From: Epithemia pelagica
Lineage: Eukaryota; Protista; Bacillariophyta
Direction: 5' to 3'
NCBI GenBank assembly: GCA_946965045.2
Contig: OX337236.1
Location: forward strand, 310,001-374,000
Length of the DNA stretch: 64,000 nt
Below the pieces are notes generated by a model. It made no database searches and had not been told where the DNA came from. It saw nothing but the letters and a program-made list of their open reading frames with translations. Of the stretch, positions 9,931-20,485 are shown piece by piece. A program made the translations under genes and the position numbers. The stretch's first letter is position 1. Every line of letters begins with the position of its first letter.

Positions 9931-11742
9931 TTAGGAGGGATACACACCGACAGTGGTGCCAGTCGGTGGTGGTGAGGCACCTGTGGCAACGGCCGAGTGA
10001 TTGGAAGATGTTGCCGACGGTGAAGTATATGTCACTTTGTTGGCATGTTGTTGTTGTTGTCCTTGTGGTACACCCGAAGGGTGCTGATGTACATAGGGTT
10101 GTGGTTGCTGTTTTCGGGGTGAGTAGGCACCCGTGGCCGTTGAGTGAGCATACGATGGGGGCACTTGTGCAGGCCACCATCCTTGTTGTGGTTGTTGAGT
10201 GTCGTACCGAGTATTGCCATTCAAGGGTCGCATCGAGCCATTCTTGTTGGGAGACGCCGCTGCACTGGCGGCATTCGACCAGGACCGTGTGGATTGTGAT
10301 TGTTTGGTGGATGCCGCGAGATAGGATGCGGCCCCCGGATGATTAGTACTACTTGTTGATGTTGTCGTTGTCGTCGCAGAGCTGGTCGAGGCGGCTGCGG
10401 CACCAGGTACAAAGACAGGAGCCGATGCCGTCAAGGCTCCACTACTAAACGAAGACGTTGTACTAGTGCTGCCATTTACCGATGTGGTGGAAGAAGAGGC
10501 ATGTGGTGCTGGTGTTGGATGCGCCGCCGGAGGAGGAGGAGGGGCATGCGGATTGTACGCTGCTGCCGCCGCCATGGATGGATAATAAGCGGCATTGGGA
10601 TTGTAGGATGCCACCGAAGCCATGGTTCGTGGAACACCGCCATTCGGCGAAGGCAGTACGTTCGTTCGGTGTCGTATTCTTCCCCGTTGAAAATCTGGAT
10701 CGGCCGCTTCTTCGGCACGGTTCCGATAGACGGCTTTGCGGTCCACATTGGACAGTGCTGCGTCAGTGGGACCTGTCGTTGGTGACGATTCGGTGGTGGT
10801 CGTCGTCGTCGTCGCGCTCGTGCTGTTACTAGCAGTTGTGGTGGTGTTAGGCGTCGTGGGCTGGTTCGGGGCTTCGGCTTCGGTTTGCACCGCCAAATTG
10901 GCCATGGCCTCCGAAACAGGTTCGACCGTGTCCAGTGCTGCTGCATCTGTGGGAGTTCCGGTATCGTCACGCTCATCATTGAAGATACGGGCTCGTGCTT
11001 CGGCGTAGGCGCGTTCTTTGGCTTCCAAATGCTCGGACGAGGACGATCGTCCAAATTCGTTGGATCGCGCATCGTCTCCAGTTCGTCCAGCGGTAGTCGA
11101 CGAGGGCTTGCGTTGCAACAGGACATTTTGAGGACCGTTGGAGGACCGCTTCTTGACAATAATGCGTTTCTTGGGTTGCTTTTCCACAACCACTGGGGCT
11201 TGGTTACTGGTCTCGGTTTTCGCTTCCAGGGGAGAACCTGTGGTTGCCACCAATGTTGGAGGCACAGGCGTACTGTTTGTATTGCTGTTGATGTTGCCGT
11301 TATTTACATGGTTCTGAGGATTGATATTGTTGACAATGGTTGTATCGGGCACACCAAGATGTGTGGGTGGATAATAAATGGCTGGATCCAATCCTTGCAG
11401 CAGAACGGAAGGTATTCTGGTTTCCGGGCACTTGTACAATCGAATGACATTGGGACTTCTAGATTCTCTTCGAATGCCAAAGCGATCCGCCAATCGGTGG
11501 ACCAACAATCGATGAAAGGAGGTTTGATGGCCACCGCCCACTTGCGGTTGATAATAGCCATCTTCGCCCGGCCGCGGTCCAATCACAACACTCCGATTGT
11601 AGGCCCCTCCGACTTCCATCCAAACACTGCCACTGGCACAAAATTCTTGGTACCAATACTCCAATCGAAACAAGGCCGCTCGTTCACGAGGGTCTCGCAT
11701 CCCGGCACACAAGGCCGAGTCGATCGTCGACTCGGATTCCAT
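9931..11742 (-). CDS. R3H and SUZ domain RNA-binding protein (R3HDM/encore-like), 603 aa
   Basis: R3H: SFHRLLVHRLADRFGI. SUZ: SEHLEAKERAYAEARARIF. SUZ-C-like: RKAVYRNRAEEAADPDFQR. Confidence 0.85.
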   Translation of the reverse strand: MESESTIDSALCAGMRDPRERAALFRLEYWYQEFCASGSVWMEVGGAYNRSVVIGPRPGEDGYYQPQVGGGHQTSFHRLLVHRLADRFGIRRESRSPNVIRLYKCPETRIPSVLLQGLDPAIYYPPTHLGVPDTTIVNNINPQNHVNNGNINSNTNSTPVPPTLVATTGSPLEAKTETSNQAPVVVEKQPKKRIIVKKRSSNGPQNVLLQRKPSSTTAGRTGDDARSNEFGRSSSSEHLEAKERAYAEARARIFNDERDDTGTPTDAAALDTVEPVSEAMANLAVQTEAEAPNQPTTPNTTTTASNSTSATTTTTTTESSPTTGPTDAALSNVDRKAVYRNRAEEAADPDFQRGRIRHRTNVLPSPNGGVPRTMASVASYNPNAAYYPSMAAAAAYNPHAPPPPPAAHPTPAPHASSSTTSVNGSTSTTSSFSSGALTASAPVFVPGAAAASTSSATTTTTSTSSTNHPGAASYLAASTKQSQSTRSWSNAASAAASPNKNGSMRPLNGNTRYDTQQPQQGWWPAQVPPSYAHSTATGAYSPRKQQPQPYVHQHPSGVPQGQQQQHANKVTYTSPSATSSNHSAVATGASPPPTGTTVGVYPS

Positions 11743-12568
11743 TGCTGCGTAGATTGTGTACTAGCGCGTACGTGGCCGGTGGAATCGCACAAGGGAAAAT
11801 GCCCAAGGACTGCGACCAGGGCGAGTTGCTTGGCCAATTAGAAAGAGGAAATGGATAGAGCCTTGACAATACAGAGTGGTTGGAAGGATTCAGAGCTTGA
11901 CCACCACTTTCGATACTTGGACAGGCTGTGTTAACGTTTCTATTGTTGTTTCGAACCTCCCTCCAATGAATATTATACAATTGGGCCCACGAATCACAAG
12001 AAAGTTGGCAGGTAAGCGTACTTGTTGTGTTGCCGGATGAAAAGCAATGTTCTTTTCAAATGAGATTAACGCAAGGGAAAAACACAACCACCCACACCAA
12101 CACAGAACATAAGCGTCCTTGGTGCCGGACGCTCCTATAGGGAGAGAAGTACACTCAACACCAACACCACACTTTTTGCGAGAGAGAGACGGAAGGAGGA
12201 AGTGCGGCGGAGACAAGCACGCACGCAACACACCATCAATGGACGATCGCGCACAGCTTTCTCGCATAAGAAAAGTCGCGCAGAATCCATCGATCGGTCA
12301 AGGAACTATTCTGCGACCGACAGGGAAGAGAATTCTGGATCGTCTGTCGGCCACCATGGCGACGACAGACACATCAAGGCTATCATTGAAATCTTTGTGA
12401 AAGCGGCCGCAACAGATTCATTCTGCTTTATTGATCCTCCAAGGAGATAACCATACCAATTGGAAATCCACATCTACACATCTCCTTTTAAGCTCTCTCC
12501 AACGGCAACCACCACGACAACAACTCAAAAATTGCATTATCATGGTCCATCCCACTCCCATTTGGTGC

Positions 12569-12754
12569 ATGGCACGAGGAAAATCGAAGCGGGTCATTAT
12601 CAAGCTCGTGTCGACAGCGGCTACTGGATTCTTTTATACCACCACCAAAAATCCGATCAATACACCGAAAAAACTTGTCTTGAGAAAATTTGACCCCGTC
12701 GTACGAAGACATGTCTTGTTCAAGGAAGAAAAAATCAATACTGGAAAAAAGTAA
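12569..12754 (+). CDS. rpmG: Ribosomal protein bL33 (probably mitochondrial), 61 aa
   Basis: [55 protein letters not shown] is the L33 signature. The ATG is at 12569. Confidence 0.92.
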   Translation: MARGKSKRVIIKLVSTAATGFFYTTTKNPINTPKKLVLRKFDPVVRRHVLFKEEKINTGKK

Positions 12755-13101
12755 ACAACGCCTGACGAAAACTTGAGAGATACGGGTTGGATTTCCATGG
12801 CGAATCCTGTACAGACATCAACTTTGAGGGCTTCGTCATCCAACAAGGGAGATGTATGGATTGACGAGGCACACCAGCAACGCTGCAAGGCGATGATTTT
12901 GGACAAATCACGGATACTTCTCAGTCTGGATTGAAACGAAAGGATTTTAATTAGTAGTAACTGAAATGGCTATGTTCCAAGCACGGTAATTGCTGTATGT
13001 TGATGTCGTATCTCCATAGCATCTTTTCTTATTGCAATGGCAAGGCTTTTTTGTCCGCCCACGGCGACCTGTGGGGGTGTTTGCTTGCAATGGCGTATTC
13101 C

Positions 13102-13862
13102 TTAGTCGTCACCAATCAAATCAATCAATTCCACTTCCCTTCCCGGAACGGCCACCACTTCAAGGTCAAACACAATCGTGGCGTCAGCGGGAATACGAGG
13201 TTTTCCCGCCGAAGCCCGACGTCCCTCTTTGCCAAAGGCCATATTTCCCTGTATTAAGTAACCAACAAGAATAAATTGCCAAGCAACAACGATCAAGTCA
13301 ACAATTCACATTGCGTGAGAAAGAGTGCTCCCTTTTAATCCACCAATGGACCCAACGGCCCTTCTCGTCGAATCTCTTCTTCAACAACAACAAGACGTAC
13401 CGGGATGGTGAGGACCCATCGATCTCCCGTTTGCATCGTGGGCAAGACTTCTTCGACGCCCTTGATCAAGCCACCGCTACCGACACGGGTGTAATAGGGT
13501 TCCGGTGTATCAAAAATATCATCAATCTTGATGTCATTAAAGTAGGCGGCAAAGCGAATGGCAGCCAGTTCGCCCACTTCGGGTTTGGCGCCAGTGCCGG
13601 ACTTGACAATGCGGTAGGAGACGCCACTGGGCAAGGTCACTTCATCTCCTTCGGCAGCAACCGCAACGCCAGGTCGACTCAGTGCGGCCACTCCGGAGGC
13701 CAACACGGTCGTTTGCAGGACCGACGTCAAAAAGTCTTTGCGTGTTGAAGTCGTTGTGGATTCGGACGGTGGAGTTCTTCCCGGAGTGGAAAGAGTCCAA
13801 GCAGTTGTCGACCAAGCCAACAAGGCCACCAAGCTCAATTGTTGAACTACCCTCATGATCAT
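13102..13862 (-). CDS. FKBP-type PPIase, plastid/thylakoid-lumen targeted; two exons (13862-13401, 13248-13102)
   Basis: Signal peptide plus an RKDFL Tat-like motif. The FKBP domain LPSGVSYRIVKSGTG...RVGSGGLIKGVEEVLPTMQTGDRWVLTIP|GNMAFG...IPADATIVFDLEV is joined across a phase-0 GT-AG intron at 13400-13249. Confidence 0.9.
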
Positions 13863-14444
13863 CGTGTGTTGTTGTTGTTTGTTGTTTGTTGTGATTCACG
13901 TTGTCGTCGTCGTCGTCGGAGGCACTGTAGAAAATAATGATACCACGACATTTGACACTTCAAATACGCTGACTACCTATGCTCCAACGCAGCCTAGCTG
14001 ACGTTAGCTATGTATAGCGATAGGAAAGAGTCAGCGACATTTGCTACCCTTGCTATCCCTCTGTTTGGTGGAGTCATCGACAGCCGCATAGCTAACACTT
14101 GTGGGAGAAGTAGCAGTTGTTGCTCCTACTACTCCTACAAGCGACGATGCCGAACATTCGAAATGGCACACAAACTCTTGTGATTTATGCATGGAACATT
14201 CCCTGTTTTCTACAGTCGTACGTATCTCTAGATGAAGCGCGCTGTCCACGAAACGGAATTGATTTCCAAACTCGAATGGACCAACGACCCTGTTGTGGAC
14301 AAACCAACATTCCTCCATCTGACGTGTGTAGTTCCGACAGTCGTTTCTACTCGTCCATGGGTCAAGAATCATCCATGATGCAGCATTGGTTCCACGACTG
14401 TCTGGAATCTGCGCGTTTTCATGTGGATCGATTGCCAAACAGTG

Positions 14445-16322
14445 TCATGTCGATTCGCGAGTCGTTGTCTTCTTCTTCTTCTTCTTCTTTTTCGTCGTCA
14501 TCTTTTGGGTGCCCTTCTTGTCGTTCGGTGCCAGTTGAATGGTGGTTCCCTGCACAAGGGCAATCAATCGCGCCGCTTCCTGAGCTTCCACGGAACCCGG
14601 CTTGTATTCTTCATCCTCTCCTTCCGGACTGTCCATATCGACCGCTTGGGGATGAATGGAAAAGGCTGTCGTCGTGGGTCGTCCTGCCGAGTCGTTTTTG
14701 CTAGTGTGGTTGTTGTTGCTGTTGTTGTGGTCACGAGTCTCGACGATACCGGGAGTCGCTGGGCCTCGTTTGGGGATGGTGGCCGTTGGATAATCACTCG
14801 TAGTGGTGGTGGTGGTGGTGCTACGTCTCGGTCGCCGTGGCCGGGGTGTTGTTGTCGTTGTTGTTGAGTCGTCTTGTGGTTCCTGTGGTACTACGACTTT
14901 GGAGGTGAGTTGTCCACATCCGGCATCAATATCAATGCCTCGTCGGACCCGGGGTGTACAGGAAATGCCAAATTCGTGAATCAACGTGTCACAAAATAAA
15001 TTGACGGCGTGGCGTCCCGAGGGACTTCCCCCATAGCCACCCGTGGGATTCAAGGGAATGACATTGACATGAATGCGATCGGGCCGCATGCCATGTTGGT
15101 GTACCACCAATCGTCCCAAGTTCCGTGCCGTTTCCACATCATCGTTTTGGCCTTCGATCAAGGCCCATTCCAAGGTAATGCGTTGTCCGGTATGATCCAT
15201 ATAGTCTTGGAGGCAGGTCATTAATTCCGTCAATCCACCATAGCGGGCATTGACGGGCATGAGGGCCGATCGTTCCTCGTCCGTGGCACAATGCAAGGAC
15301 ACGGCCAAGCGGACCTTGGGCATGTCCGGGTCGGTGTAGAGGCGTCGAATGTTGGGAACAATCCCGACGGTACTAATGGTAATGCGACGGGCTCCAATGC
15401 CCAATTCCGATTGAATTCGTTGAATGGCCCTCTTGACATTCCGCCAATTGGCCAAGGGCTCTCCCATTCCCATGAATACAATATTACTCAAGCGGGTACT
15501 CTTGCCATGCAATTTGGGTGGCGGATCGTCGTGGTGGTGGTTATTGTTGTTGGTTGGATGTTTGGATTTGTGTTTGTGATTGTCCTGTTCTTCTTGTTGC
15601 AATTCATGAGCAAAGCGAGCGACTTGTTCGTAAATTTCGTGCGAGGTCAAGGATCGTTGAAATCCCATTTGCCCGGTGGCACAAAAGACACATCCTTGGG
15701 CACAGCCCGCTTGACTACTAATACACGCCGTATAGCGACCATCTTGATAGGGCATGAGGACAGATTCAATGACTTGTCCATCGGGACATTTGTAGGCTCG
15801 TTTCACTGTGCCATCTTTGGAGACTTGTTCCACGGCAATTTCCAAGGCGTGCGGTTTGCACCAGTGATCCAATTGCGTGCGCAAGGCTTGCGGAATGGTA
15901 TGCATGTCGTGCACATTGGTCCGACCCTGGGAATGAATCCAGTGCCACACTTGAGTGGCGCGAAATTTCGGATAGCCCAAATGGTCGACAATCAAGGCGT
16001 GCAATTCGTCCTGGGTCACCGTGGCCAAATTCAAGACCCGTGTATCATCCAGTGTCGAAGAGGATGGAGGAGGCTCGTTGGTCGAGGTGGTCGTTGCCTG
16101 GAGGGACGACGTGGAACAAAAAGATCTTGTGGATGGTAGCACCAGCAGCCGTCGTTGTCGCTGGAGCGCCAACTTGGTCCACACCGACATGGACGAGGAG
16201 GACAACCACGAGTGGACGGATTGGATCCAGAAACTAGAGCAGGCTGCCATCATGATGGTCCACCACAAGCAACAACAACAAGGTCGACACGGCTGCTGCT
16301 TTTGCTGGGAGGCCAATGCCAT
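14445..16322 (-). CDS. rlmN: RlmN-family radical-SAM RNA methyltransferase, organelle-targeted (start uncertain; frame open to 16475)
   Basis: CISSQAGCAQGCVFCATGQMG (CxxxCxxC), VFMGMGEP, LAVSLH, NVIPLNP, RGIDIDAGCGQL. Confidence 0.93.
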   Translation of the reverse strand: MALASQQKQQPCRPCCCCLWWTIMMAACSSFWIQSVHSWLSSSSMSVWTKLALQRQRRLLVLPSTRSFCSTSSLQATTTSTNEPPPSSSTLDDTRVLNLATVTQDELHALIVDHLGYPKFRATQVWHWIHSQGRTNVHDMHTIPQALRTQLDHWCKPHALEIAVEQVSKDGTVKRAYKCPDGQVIESVLMPYQDGRYTACISSQAGCAQGCVFCATGQMGFQRSLTSHEIYEQVARFAHELQQEEQDNHKHKSKHPTNNNNHHHDDPPPKLHGKSTRLSNIVFMGMGEPLANWRNVKRAIQRIQSELGIGARRITISTVGIVPNIRRLYTDPDMPKVRLAVSLHCATDEERSALMPVNARYGGLTELMTCLQDYMDHTGQRITLEWALIEGQNDDVETARNLGRLVVHQHGMRPDRIHVNVIPLNPTGGYGGSPSGRHAVNLFCDTLIHEFGISCTPRVRRGIDIDAGCGQLTSKVVVPQEPQDDSTTTTTTPRPRRPRRSTTTTTTTSDYPTATIPKRGPATPGIVETRDHNNSNNNHTSKNDSAGRPTTTAFSIHPQAVDMDSPEGEDEEYKPGSVEAQEAARLIALVQGTTIQLAPNDKKGTQKMTTKKKKKKKKTTTREST

Positions 16323-16822
16323 GGTAGGATATGACAATGTGTTGTCTCTCTCTCGCTGGAGCGACTCGGATGTGATGGCTTGGATCGATCCGAAGAAAGA
16401 ACAAATCATCCATCTGTTGTTTGGAGATTGGAAATTGGAAATTGGAATGGATGGAGGGAGGGCGATCACGATCACGAATCACAAGGGGCGACCGGATCTA
16501 AATCTGAGTCATAGGGCAATAGTAAAGTCAGAAAACCAAAGCTGTTTCGTGATACACTTTGATGCAGAGTCAGGATCGCCGGCCGGCTCCATCGCCTCGA
16601 GACCCTTGTTTTCTTTTGTTCGCCCGGTTTTTTCCATAACAATGGCAGCAGGTTGTGGTTCCGTCTTGTGTGTGTGTGTAACTGTTGTGGAGAGAACGAC
16701 TATAGACAACCGAAACCGTGTCGGTGGTGATACACACAGAGAGGAAACAAAACGAACAAGGGAACACACACAAGCGCTGTACAAAGAGAACAACGAACGA
16801 ATACATTCATCATCCTTGCCTC

Positions 16823-19180
16823 ATGTCATCGTCCTCCTCCAGTCCTCCCACGAGCAATCCGACCAATGAAATTTTGTGGTGGCCTCCCCCTTCGTGTCGT
16901 CCCGTCACTACTGCGCCAGGGGGCGAGGAGGAGGAACCGCCGTTGGATTTGTTTGCCTGCATTCACGCTCCAGGATCGGACGACCAGGACATTTATGTGA
17001 CTCGCAATGGCTTGTTGGAAATCCATCCCTCCAAGGTCGTCTTTGATTCGACACGATTGTATCCTTCGTGTTCCCGACAAGTCCAAAAACGCATTGTGGC
17101 CGATTTGCAAGAATCTCATGCCCAAACCAGTGGCGGTCGGGAATTGGCCGTCAAGGAATGGGCCGACGAAAGTCAAAATCGAGGCATTTTGCGATTGCGC
17201 TTGCGGTGCAAAAAGGCCAAGTGTCGGTTGCAATTTCAAGTCAATTGGGAAACCCAAAAGAATCATTGGTTCATTACCCGACAATGTCAAAATCTCGTTC
17301 ATACCTGTCCGCTTCCCTCCAGCACGACCAATACCAAAGCCGCCAAGGAAGGTCGCAAAAAGACAACGACCAGCACCAATGGAACCAAGAAACGTGCAGC
17401 TCCCACCAATGGAACTCATGAGTCCTTTGGATCCAACAACCACAACAATCCTGCACCTTTGACCGAGACGGCTCCGTCGACCATGGTCCTGAGTCCTCCA
17501 GTGCCTCCAGCCACTCCGGCGGTACCCGTCGGTATACCTACGGGTGTCCATGTTGTACCAATGAATAGTGCTGCTACAAACCCCGTGGCAGCTGCACCAC
17601 CCACAACAACGCCATTGGTTCCCATGCCGGGCGGCGGGGTGCCACAGCCACTTCAACCAGGTCTTGCTGCTGTGGCCCCATCAACATCCACAACTGTTGC
17701 GACGACTGCTCCGATTGCTAATACGACGGTCCCCTTGGTGGTGGTGACGGATGCCGATCGAGCCGAAGCGGAATTGTTGGCCACCGATTTGCAAGGATGG
17801 GTACCACCACCACCACCCGCCACCCTTCCAACCACAACCACCACTCAGCCGCTTCCACAACAGTCCTTGCCACAACCATCCTTTATGGGTACAACAACAA
17901 CAACAACAACAACAACAACAGCCATGACGGATCCAGTGGTCTTGCAGCATCCACCGGAACCAGCCTCGGCCGCTCCCCTGCAAACCTTGTCCATTCCATC
18001 ACCGCATCATCATCATCATCATCATGTACCGCCATCTACTGGGATGGAACAAGCACCCATGGCTCAACCAGTACCCATACCATCGTCCAGCAATACCATG
18101 GCACCACCGCCAACCACTAGCATTCACATTCCTCACACGATTGTCAGTACGACAACAGGTACTACTACTACGACAGCTACGGCGACGACACCACCACACC
18201 ACCACCAAGAACCAGTCGAGCATTTGCAACCCTTGCAGGCCCCCTCTTCCCCCTTGTCATCCCCCTCACGCTATCATCATCCTTCCACTACGGCAGCCAC
18301 GATCAACGAGTATGAACAATCCGCGGCGGGCATGTCGATTGGAGCCAATAGTACGGCCATGATGAGTTTGGACGACCAGGACGAACTCAAGGACGATCCT
18401 GCCGCTGGTGGCAATAGTGGAGAAACGGATGGCATGTCATTCTTGAGTGAAAGTGAAAGCAACATGTTGACCTTGGGAAGCGTCTCGTCCAAATATTGGA
18501 TGAATGGATTGCCTCAGATTCCCCATGCCAATTTATCACGATTGACCTCGGATCATTACAATTCGATTGGGTCCTGGTTTGTCGACGGCACCAGCAGCAA
18601 TCCTCCTACGACAACAACGACTAGCAGTAAACACAGTTTGAATCGTCGACCGCAACCCGTATCATCCTCGTCGTCTTACCCCATGGCAATGGCGGCCCCT
18701 CCTCCAGCCATGCCTCTGGCGAGTACCACAACCAGTACGACATCCATGACTCCAGCACCAACGACCACGACGTGTTCGTCACAACAACAACAACAACAAC
18801 AACACCGAGACAGTCTCTACAGCACCAACGTCACCAACAGTACCAACAACTTTTCCATTAATGACTTGACCATGACATCCTTGACCGATTCGGTCCGCAA
18901 CATGTTGTCCATTGTGGGAAATCACGAAGGTGGCAGTCTGTCGGGTTTGATGGGCAGCGGGTGGACGCGTTCGGGCAGTGTGTCCCAGCCAGCAGCACCA
19001 CCCGAAGGACAACAAGTACAACCACCACAACAACAGCAAGACGCTGTGACTCTCGCCGAAGCCAAATCCTCCGATCCATCGCCTCGAATGGGCATTTTGG
19101 CGGCAGATTTTTATACACCTCCACCAACCTCCACAGGGACCAACACCAGCCTGCATCCACCACCTCCGCCTTCGTCGTAG
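16823..19180 (+). CDS. Putative WRKY/GCM1 (FAR1-like) zinc-finger transcription factor with long P/T/S/H/Q-rich tail (frame open from 16718)
   Basis: LAVKEWAD...LRLRLRCKKAKCRLQFQVNWETQKNHWFITRQCQNLVHTC, paralogous to 1723-3054. It has a low-complexity activation-like tail. Confidence 0.65.
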   Translation: MSSSSSSPPTSNPTNEILWWPPPSCRPVTTAPGGEEEEPPLDLFACIHAPGSDDQDIYVTRNGLLEIHPSKVVFDSTRLYPSCSRQVQKRIVADLQESHAQTSGGRELAVKEWADESQNRGILRLRLRCKKAKCRLQFQVNWETQKNHWFITRQCQNLVHTCPLPSSTTNTKAAKEGRKKTTTSTNGTKKRAAPTNGTHESFGSNNHNNPAPLTETAPSTMVLSPPVPPATPAVPVGIPTGVHVVPMNSAATNPVAAAPPTTTPLVPMPGGGVPQPLQPGLAAVAPSTSTTVATTAPIANTTVPLVVVTDADRAEAELLATDLQGWVPPPPPATLPTTTTTQPLPQQSLPQPSFMGTTTTTTTTTTAMTDPVVLQHPPEPASAAPLQTLSIPSPHHHHHHHVPPSTGMEQAPMAQPVPIPSSSNTMAPPPTTSIHIPHTIVSTTTGTTTTTATATTPPHHHQEPVEHLQPLQAPSSPLSSPSRYHHPSTTAATINEYEQSAAGMSIGANSTAMMSLDDQDELKDDPAAGGNSGETDGMSFLSESESNMLTLGSVSSKYWMNGLPQIPHANLSRLTSDHYNSIGSWFVDGTSSNPPTTTTTSSKHSLNRRPQPVSSSSSYPMAMAAPPPAMPLASTTTSTTSMTPAPTTTTCSSQQQQQQQHRDSLYSTNVTNSTNNFSINDLTMTSLTDSVRNMLSIVGNHEGGSLSGLMGSGWTRSGSVSQPAAPPEGQQVQPPQQQQDAVTLAEAKSSDPSPRMGILAADFYTPPPTSTGTNTSLHPPPPPSS

Positions 19181-19564
19181 TACTTACTACCTATTATTAG
19201 TCGTACGAGGAGCCGTCGATCTCCCACAACCAAACACGACCATGTCGGTCCGGAGAATTCGACGCAGTCCTTCTCGCAAACCCTACTCAACCCTATGGGG
19301 GCCTCGTCTCATTTACGCTTTGGGAAATTGTACCCTCCAAGTGCAACTTGCGTACCTCTACTAGAGAGAACGAAGAAAAAAGAAAACGAGACGTATCGAA
19401 CTACGGTTTCGTTCCACGATCCATGAGATGGGTTTTCATGAAAAACGAATCTGGAGTACGCATTCACGGCCCAAGCAACAGTAACCCACAGGACGAGGTC
19501 TCACGAGACACGCGCCAGAACAGTGTCACTTGTACACACAAGTCATTCGCTATAGAAGTCCAGC

Positions 19565-20122
19565 ATGTCTATCCGTTCCAAAACATCAAACTCTGATATC
19601 AAGATGACAATGCGAGAGATTGCTGAAATGGCTTTAATTCCGCACGACGAAGGACAGATCTCTCCATTTCGATTCCAGAAGCTGGATATTGTGTCGCAGT
19701 TTGCTCATCTAAATGCTCAACTGGATCGTCATGCGGAGCAGATTGAAGACCTGCGCATTGCCAGCGCTCGTCGTGAGGAGCAGATTGAAGGCCTTGAGGA
19801 GCAGATTGAAAGCGTACGCATTCACATCTCTCGTTGTCAAGAGGAAATTGATGACCAGAAAGAGAGCCTTCAAAGATTGGAGTCGAGGAATGATGATTTC
19901 GATCGTGAAATTAGTTTGCTTCGACGTGACATGGGACTGCTCTATTGTCCGGTATGTATGGGAACACGTGAGCTCTTTCTCGTGTTTTGCAGACACCTCA
20001 TGTGTCGAACATGCATCCATGCCACCCAGAACAATGTGTGCCCGCTGGGACATGGCGTAGATGGATACGTGCGCAATCCAAGAACGGATTCTCCGCCCAA
20101 GTCTCATTGCACATACGAGTGA
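19565..20122 (+). CDS. Coiled-coil plus C-terminal RING-like zinc finger protein, 185 aa
   Basis: Heptad-rich region followed by CPVC...CRH..CRTC...CPLGH. Confidence 0.7.
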   Translation: MSIRSKTSNSDIKMTMREIAEMALIPHDEGQISPFRFQKLDIVSQFAHLNAQLDRHAEQIEDLRIASARREEQIEGLEEQIESVRIHISRCQEEIDDQKESLQRLESRNDDFDREISLLRRDMGLLYCPVCMGTRELFLVFCRHLMCRTCIHATQNNVCPLGHGVDGYVRNPRTDSPPKSHCTYE

Positions 20123-20485
20123 TTGTGATGGACGGAAGATGCCAAAGAAGACCGAACCGTCTTGTAGTTCTGTGTTTCCGTTCCGCTCCGTCGGGACCTT
20201 TACGTCACTCTACCAACACCTCCTCACCTAATGGTACCAGGTTGTTTCTTAAAGCGTGCCCCTTTCCTACTTCTATGTAGCGAAATGCTTGTAATCAAAA
20301 GCAATACCGCTTAATTCGTATGAGAGTAGGTAGTCCTTTCCTGAAGCTAGTACTCCTTCTTCATGCGAGTCATTTATTACAGAAACGGCAAGTAGCTTTT
20401 GTCACGCCTCATTTGTATTACAAAACGACAAGGAGCTTGTCTCGCACCCACCCTCGCTTCTTTCATGTTTGAGTCTTCTGTATTC

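Noticed and set aside
10885-11841. 318-aa plus-strand ORF, and similar antisense ORFs over RlmN, VPS11, the DEAD-box helicase, the DSP and the glycosyltransferase
   Set aside because: Antisense shadows caused by codon bias and low-complexity tracts of the real genes.
14031-14438. 135-aa minus-strand ORF downstream of RlmN
   Set aside because: No motifs; it lies in the intergenic/UTR space between RlmN and FKBP.
17888-17921. (ACA)n, (CAT)n and (GAC)n microsatellites here and in many other genes
   Set aside because: They are ordinary in-frame poly-Thr/His/Gln/Ser tracts, abundant throughout this genome.
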